DNA of 58,831 nucleotides, filler included, from Dugesia japonica (lineage: Eukaryota), in NCBI GenBank assembly GCA_001938525.1. It is 5 parts of 5 records of this genome, joined end to end, with 100 filler letters (N's around TTAATTAATTAA, not from the genome) between each part and the next. Parts side by side here need not be neighbours in the genome. Positions count along the whole stretch, not along the records: positions 49,237 to 58,831 come from MQRL01515693.1; 4 more parts are not named here. One strand, given 5' to 3'. Below the pieces are notes generated by a model. That model was not told where the DNA came from, ran no database searches, and was given only the letters and a program-made list of their open reading frames with translations. The position numbers were made by a program, and so were the translations under genes. Numbering within the stretch: the stretch's first letter is position 1; each line of letters begins with the position of its first letter. This document shows positions 52,626-58,831 of the stretch, one piece after another.

Positions 52626-54137
52626 TTAATTGTCGTTTTGGATAATTTTTTGAAGATTTTTCATTATGGTTTCATTCACTTGAAATTGCACCAAACGTTG
52701 GCGTATTTCATAAATTGGAAATTCACCAATTGAAATAACTGGGAAATATTGATATTTTTCTTTAATCATTTCATTTATCGGTGCTAATTCTTCTAAATTT
52801 TTAAAATTCCATATTTTATTTTGACATAATCTATTTAGTTTAATAAACGAATTAATTAAGTCACAATAATCTTTATAAATTATTTTCATGTTATCAGGAA
52901 GAATTCCAAAATTTCTTTTACAAAGTTTAAAAACTGTGAGAATGTTATCAATTTGATAACTTTCAATTTCATTTAAATAAAATTGATTATGAAAGGATAT
53001 TTGGGATAATTGATGAGACTTATTTAAGAAATTATCTTCGATGAATAATTTTTTTTTCAAAATAATTTCTATAAGTTTGCCAATAATATTTTCAAATTTC
53101 AATTTCAATATTTTCCCAATTAAATCTATATTAGAGTTACTATTAACATTTCCATCAAAATGACAAATGATGTTTGNTAATTCAAACATCTCGTTACATT
53201 TTTTACAATATTTTTGACATTTATCGATTATTTGGAAATCGTTTTCCGTAATAATAGTATTACAAATAAAGCATTGATCAATAGAATTTGCAAATAAATC
53301 AATTAATTCAACATCAATTTCTGTTCTCGATATTTTAGATACTAATAATTTGGTTAATTTTATAAAATCGAGAATAATAACATAAGATTGCTCAATTATA
53401 TCAAGTCTCTCATAGCTGATTTTACCGAAATTTTTTTCAAATTTCTTTGGTTTAAATTCATCAAAAATTATTTCTAATTTTTGATATTTCAGTTTTAGTC
53501 TCACCATAGCATTAAAACATGATTCTAAATAACTGAGATCATTTTTATATCGAAAAAGCAATTGGTCGCCTCTAAATTTATTGCGAACAATTGATTTGAA
53601 TTTTTTAAAAAACATATTGAAATCCATAAATTCAGTAGGCGAAATTGGAAAATCTTTAAGCATTTCTTCAAAATCTAATCGCGGAAATTCCAAAATATTT
53701 TTATTATAATTTTTTAGAAGTTCATTTGATTTCTTATTCAAAGAACTTTGAAATAATTCTTTTCCATAAAGTATTTTAATTCTTGAGAAATAATCAATAG
53801 TTCGTTTGATTGGTTTTTCAAATTCTATCAATTTCTTTAATAATTTGATAATTTCTTTTAACTTTAATTCAATTATTGAATCGCATTTATTAACATAAAG
53901 TTTATGAATAACAGTAGTGATCGGTGTAGTGACATATTTATTTTCATTATCATCAAATATGGTAATACTGATTATTTCTCGGCGATCGAAAGGACATTTA
54001 GCATTTTTATTTGTAATTTCATTTAAACAATCCAAACAAATTTGATGATTACATGGCAAAAGTTTGACTTGATATTTGAAATCAAAAAATGAATAACAAA
54101 CAAAACATTCGCTATTTTCATTATTTTCATGTATCAT
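52626..54137 (-). CDS. 503-aa intronless RING-finger protein (putative E3 ligase) with a second degenerate RING
   Basis: CFVC..LLPCNHQICLDC..KCPFDR (C3HC3D RING) at the N-terminus, and CFIC..CQKYCKKC..ICHFD near aa 290. Open ATG to TAA frame. Confidence 0.85.
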   Translation of the reverse strand: MIHENNENSECFVCYSFFDFKYQVKLLPCNHQICLDCLNEITNKNAKCPFDRREIISITIFDDNENKYVTTPITTVIHKLYVNKCDSIIELKLKEIIKLLKKLIEFEKPIKRTIDYFSRIKILYGKELFQSSLNKKSNELLKNYNKNILEFPRLDFEEMLKDFPISPTEFMDFNMFFKKFKSIVRNKFRGDQLLFRYKNDLSYLESCFNAMVRLKLKYQKLEIIFDEFKPKKFEKNFGKISYERLDIIEQSYVIILDFIKLTKLLVSKISRTEIDVELIDLFANSIDQCFICNTIITENDFQIIDKCQKYCKKCNEMFELXNIICHFDGNVNSNSNIDLIGKILKLKFENIIGKLIEIILKKKLFIEDNFLNKSHQLSQISFHNQFYLNEIESYQIDNILTVFKLCKRNFGILPDNMKIIYKDYCDLINSFIKLNRLCQNKIWNFKNLEELAPINEMIKEKYQYFPVISIGEFPIYEIRQRLVQFQVNETIMKNLQKIIQNDN

Positions 54138-54379
54138 TTATATATTGTTGAAATATTAGAAATATTTTTATATTTATTTATAATCAAACAAAATTTTTAA
54201 TTATTATTTTTTTNNNNNNNNNNNNNNNNNNNNNNNNNNNNNNNNNNNNNNNNNNNNNNNNNNNNNNNNNNNNNNNNNNNNNNNNNNNNNNNNNNNNNNN
54301 NNNNNNNNNNNNNNNNNNNNNNNNNNNNNNNNNNNNNNNNNNNNNNNNNNNNNNNNNNNNNNNNNNNNNNNNNNNNNNN

Positions 54380-54830
54380 CGGAATAACCGTCATCGTCAG
54401 TCAATTAAACAATATTAAAACAAACTTTTTACAAAGTTAAAATGATTATATAATTTTTATTGTGATATCTCAATAAAAAATTCAAAAAAATAATTTTAAA
54501 AGCGATGTTGAATCCGTCAACTGAACATTAATTTTAGGATTTAATGCCCTTATCTACAAATCTTCGCANATCACTCTCTCCCAATAATTATTAAATTCAC
54601 TGCACAGAATTTTAAAATCAGAACACCCTATTGATTTTGTACATTTTCTTTGATGCTATAATAGTAATATTGTTATAATAGTAATATTATGATTATTTTT
54701 TTAATTGAACTTTTTATTGAGATTGCAAAATTAAAATTTTCTAATCATTTAAACTTTGTAAAAAGTTTGTTTTAATATTGTTTAATTGACTGACGATGAC
54801 GGTTATTCCGTCGAAATTGATAGCAAATAA
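54380..54830. mobile_element. Penelope-like element remnant: 3' end of GIY-YIG ORF plus inverted pLTR with hammerheads
   Basis: Minus strand 54484-54655 reads HQRKC..SDFKILCSEFNNYWERVxCEDL*IRALNPKINVQ..LLKLFF*, the PLE endonuclease C-terminus. 54380-54450 is inverted at 54740-54810. Confidence 0.85.
54783..54828 (+). ncRNA. PLE-type minimal hammerhead ribozyme
   Basis: CTGACGA-t-gacgg ttatt ccgtc-GAAA-ttga-TA: perfect 5-bp helix II, 1-bp helix III with tetraloop, imperfect helix I. Antisense copy at 54380-54400. Confidence 0.72.
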
Positions 54831-55329
54831 ATATTTTAAAAATGGTTGTCAATTATTTATTTAAACAGATTACCGTTATTTTATGAGTAATTATTAAATG
54901 TTTCAACTTTTTAAAAATAAATTCTTCATTCAACATTTTGATATTATTGAAATTAATTACTTTTTCCATTTGTAAGTTTTAAGAATAATTTTTTTAAAAT
55001 TCAAAATTATAATAAAATAGAATGTTTAATAAATTTAATGAAATAATCATTATTTAAATANTTAAAAAATTATTTCAAATTTTAGTAAATTACAATTAGT
55101 AAATTACAGTTATTAATTAAAAAAGGAAACTTTCAAAATAGTTAAATAAAAAAAATTTTAAAATCAAATTATTTAAGGAAGAAATTAAATTAAAATTAAA
55201 AATTAAAAAAAAATTTTTAATGGATATTTGTAAAAATAATTACAAATTTAAATTTATATTTATTGTTTTAAATAAAGTAATTTATATAAATATTTTTAAA
55301 ATTTTTTCAATAATCTAATTTAAAATATT

Positions 55330-57440
55330 TTTTTTATCCTAAAATTCATCCCGAGTTTAAGGATACCAAATTTATTTTTATACTATGAAATTAACGCACA
55401 AAATAGTCAAAAAAGTATGAAAAATTTTTGAAAATTGATTACGTAAACATTTAATTGTTACGTAATTGATTATGTAATCGAAAAATAAATAAATTTTCAA
55501 ACACCATTTTAACATGGAAGCATGAATTTTAGGATATGAGTTCACGAGACATTCCTATCTTACTTTATTTTTCTCCATCTATGCTGAAAATTTCGATGCA
55601 ATTGGACGTCATCGCGTGTGGGTGGGTTTGGATATGCATTCTGCACCATGGGGTCATGCTGACATACCTTTTGCGGTGAGTTGAAGCATTTTTCGATAAA
55701 AGTACTCTAGGTAATGTATAGGTAGTTTTTAATTTTAGGNAGATTGCCACAAATTTCGAGTCAATATCTTTCAAAATGGCGGTGGTTTTCAATTTAAATA
55801 TTTAATAACTTTTGAAGGGTCTGTTCGACAAACATATTAAATGAATAACATTGCGCGTCTACTGATACTAAATTTGCGACTGTTCGACAGATTTTGTAGA
55901 CAATACTAACAAAGAACTGCAAATTTTTTTAAAAATTGATTACGTAACTTATTACGCAATCAAAACAATTAAGTTTTTTTGAAGCGTTTTTAATGGGGCA
56001 GGAATTATTTTACGATACAAGTTCATTACAGATTCCTATGTTACTTTTTAATTCTCTACCCGATGGTGCTGCTCACTAAAAAACATCGAAAAGAAATCAA
56101 AAAAAAATCGAAAAAAAAATTCGAAAAAAATGAAAAAAATTTTTAAAAAAAATTAAAAAAAGGAAAAAAAAAGAACAAAAAATTCTTGAAAAAGATTTTC
56201 CCCACGGGGGGGGTATGCACTCTGCACCATGGGGTCATGCTGACATGTCTCACTACTTTTGTATTATTCAAACAAAGATTTGTGCAAATTATACTGAATA
56301 TAAGATGGCATTAAACAAAATTAAAATTACTTTTCTAATTAAATAATACAATATTTTAAAAAAATTTTAAAAATCTATTTTCTATATATTTTTCAAAAAA
56401 AATATATACAAAATTTTAAAAACCAATATAAAAAATAAAATTGTCAAATTATTTTGAAATATATTCAAAAATTACGGACCTAAAAAATAAAAAATCTATA
56501 AAACACCTGTAAAACGTATAAAAAATTTAAAATCTAAAATTTTTTATTAATTTAGTCGATAGAGATAGATGAGAAATTCATCTAATCATTAACGCCTCAT
56601 AAAACACTATCGTTTATACCAACCATTTAATATACAGCATCATTTTTCAATTCAATTTTTTATTTTTAATAATTAGGTATTATTTTTGTTTATAAATGAT
56701 ATCAATTTCTATAAATGTTGAGATACTATCGAAATTATTTTATTTTTTCGAAAAAGTTGCATAATTCGGTAGGGTTGTTGCATATCTTCGTTAGGAAGCT
56801 TTTTTCTTGAGACGATATTTTAACTTTGCACAGTCACATTTTACTCCTGAGTTAAATGATACCAAATTTGAAGACATACAGGTTATAAAAGCCAAGGAAA
56901 TGGAGCGCCAAAATTCAAATTTCGAGATTATTTGAGAAAAAACCTCATTTCTTTCAAATAAGATAAAGTTTGCGATTTTTAACTAGAACCATTATGATCA
57001 GCAAAGAATTGACTATCTAATAGACATGTTTATTTTATTTAAAGATGAGAAAAAAGGTTTTAGAAAATTTTAATTTTTGAAAAATGATCCCCATCAAAAT
57101 CTGCATCGATTGATGTCAAAATCCGGACAACAATTTTGTTCAAAAATTTCTAAATTTAAAATTTTCATCCAGATTCACATAAAAATTTGATTTCAAAATT
57201 ATGAATTCAAAAATTTAAACAAAGATTAATTTTTTTATTTATATTTTTTTATTTTTTCTGAAATTTTTTAATAAAAAGATCAATTAAAATAATTCAGTAT
57301 AAAAAATACAAGCAAAAGTTATGTAATCGCACATAAATTTGCACGCTGCTTAAAAAGCTTGAAAAATTCTAAATCATCTACATAATAATTTTTGGAAGGT
57401 ATGCCCACACAGGTAATTCAGTGTGCCACTATCTACCTTA
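55330..57440. repeat. Unclassified DNA-transposon-like repeat region
   Basis: Direct repeat ctgcaccatggggtcatgctgacat at ~55641 and ~56222, recurring ttacgtaa, and a possible TTAA-flanked end ctacc|ttaa near 57438. Confidence 0.35.
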
Positions 57441-58831
57441 AAATTTATCCTTTCACTTTTAAAAATTTATTCTTTTTACAGATCACTTTAGTGTTTTGGT
57501 TAGTGATTTGATTTTATTATTTTATTGTTAATATTGTCGGAGAGCAACTAGTATAACAGGGAACATCTAATGTCTAATATAGTCAAGACATCTCATGATT
57601 TGAATCCTTTAACAACTAATGTTTCCTACTAACATTTCATAGTATAAACCCTGAAACATCTAATAATCAAAAAGCTCGAAATACATGAATGATAATGTTA
57701 ATTTTTTCCATGCTCGACTAATTTAAGTATTACTATTGCCCGGTGCGGCTAATGTTAATATTACTTGGGAGGATATTTGCTTAAAAAATCATTATTTTAC
57801 TTAATTAAAAAATAAATCATTAATTTCGCTTAATTTAAACAAAAGCACATTGAATTTATTTAAGTTAAACAAAAAATAAATAATTTGGCATAATTTAATC
57901 AAGAAATGTCGTACAAAATACATCTGTTAAAACCAAAGTAATTATTACGCGATTATTATACAATAATTACGTAACCCTGTCGTCGTCAACACACGCGACA
58001 ACTTTGACAATAAAGTTGCAGTATTTTTTTACAATTATGTAATCACACACCTAAATCCGTAACCAATCAAATCGATGTAAAAATTTTTGTGGCCAATCAA
58101 AACTCTGTCACAAAATTTTTCTATACCTGTGGGTTTGTAGCATTTTGCTACTAACTACCTACTAAAAGGAAATTTCATACATAATAATAAATCAAGTTTC
58201 AAGAGAATCTAGAATTAGAGACACAGCACTAGCAGAAAAGGATCTGTTAAAACAAAAAACGACAATTATATAAATGACGAAGTTACAAAATTAAGGAATT
58301 CAAGACGACCAAAGAAGATTGTTTTCAGAATGCAGATATCGCATAATTTGAAAATAAAAACAAAATTTTAAATATACGTTTTTAAATATTGTAGGAATTT
58401 TAGAGAAAACATATTTTTATTGTGAGTGTCAAAGTAGATACAATCGATGTAACTGAATAAATTAATGGTGAAATTATATGATTGTTTTTAATAAAATATT
58501 TAAAAATCTATAAATCAAATTAAATTCAAGAAATTTAAAAATTATTTTTTTAAATTTAAAATAATAATTATAAATTTAAATTTGCTAATATTTTTTTGTA
58601 TCTCGATTTTTAAGGATCCATTTAAAATTTTTAAACTTCTTTAAATAATTTGATTTTAAAATTTTATTTATTTAATTATTTTAAATATCTTCTTATCAAA
58701 AAATAAATTTTATTTTATTTTATTTGAAAAATATTTGACGAAAGAAATTAATTAAATTAAGTTTTCATTAAAATAAGATAAGGCTTCGATCAAAACAAAA
58801 CAAAATTTATTTGTAAAAAAAAGTTCAAATT

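Overview
This is very AT-rich eukaryotic DNA, probably metazoan, with 40-60 nt GT-AG introns. It is not one locus: four artificial 100-nt spacers (N44-TTAATTAATTAA-N44) join five unrelated scaffolds. Most of the window is decayed mobile DNA. That includes a Polinton/adintovirus remnant (capsid, PLA2 reading into rve integrase, packaging ATPase; 1.6-6.5 kb), three larger and two small Ty3/Gypsy remnants, pogo/Tigger, mariner and hAT fragments, MITEs, an RLE non-LTR 3' fragment with a probable Ulp1-like tail, and two families of inverted elements carrying minimal hammerhead cores (one clearly Penelope-derived). Host-type coding sequence comprises mitofusin-like GTPase exons (39.9-41.3 kb), two FN3-like exons (23.2-23.7 kb) and an intact 503-aa intronless RING ORF. 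The best novelty candidate is at 43.7-48.5 kb: a decayed CRESS-virus-type Rep gene (HUH plus SF3 helicase) that appears to contain introns, one splitting Walker A. It sits in a repeat element ending in a hairpin followed by CACTA(G/T). A second, colinear copy of that element on another scaffold (16.1-17.5 kb) suggests a rolling-circle transposon family distinct from Helitrons. All calls come from manual reading and translation; no searches were run, and boundaries of decayed elements are approximate.
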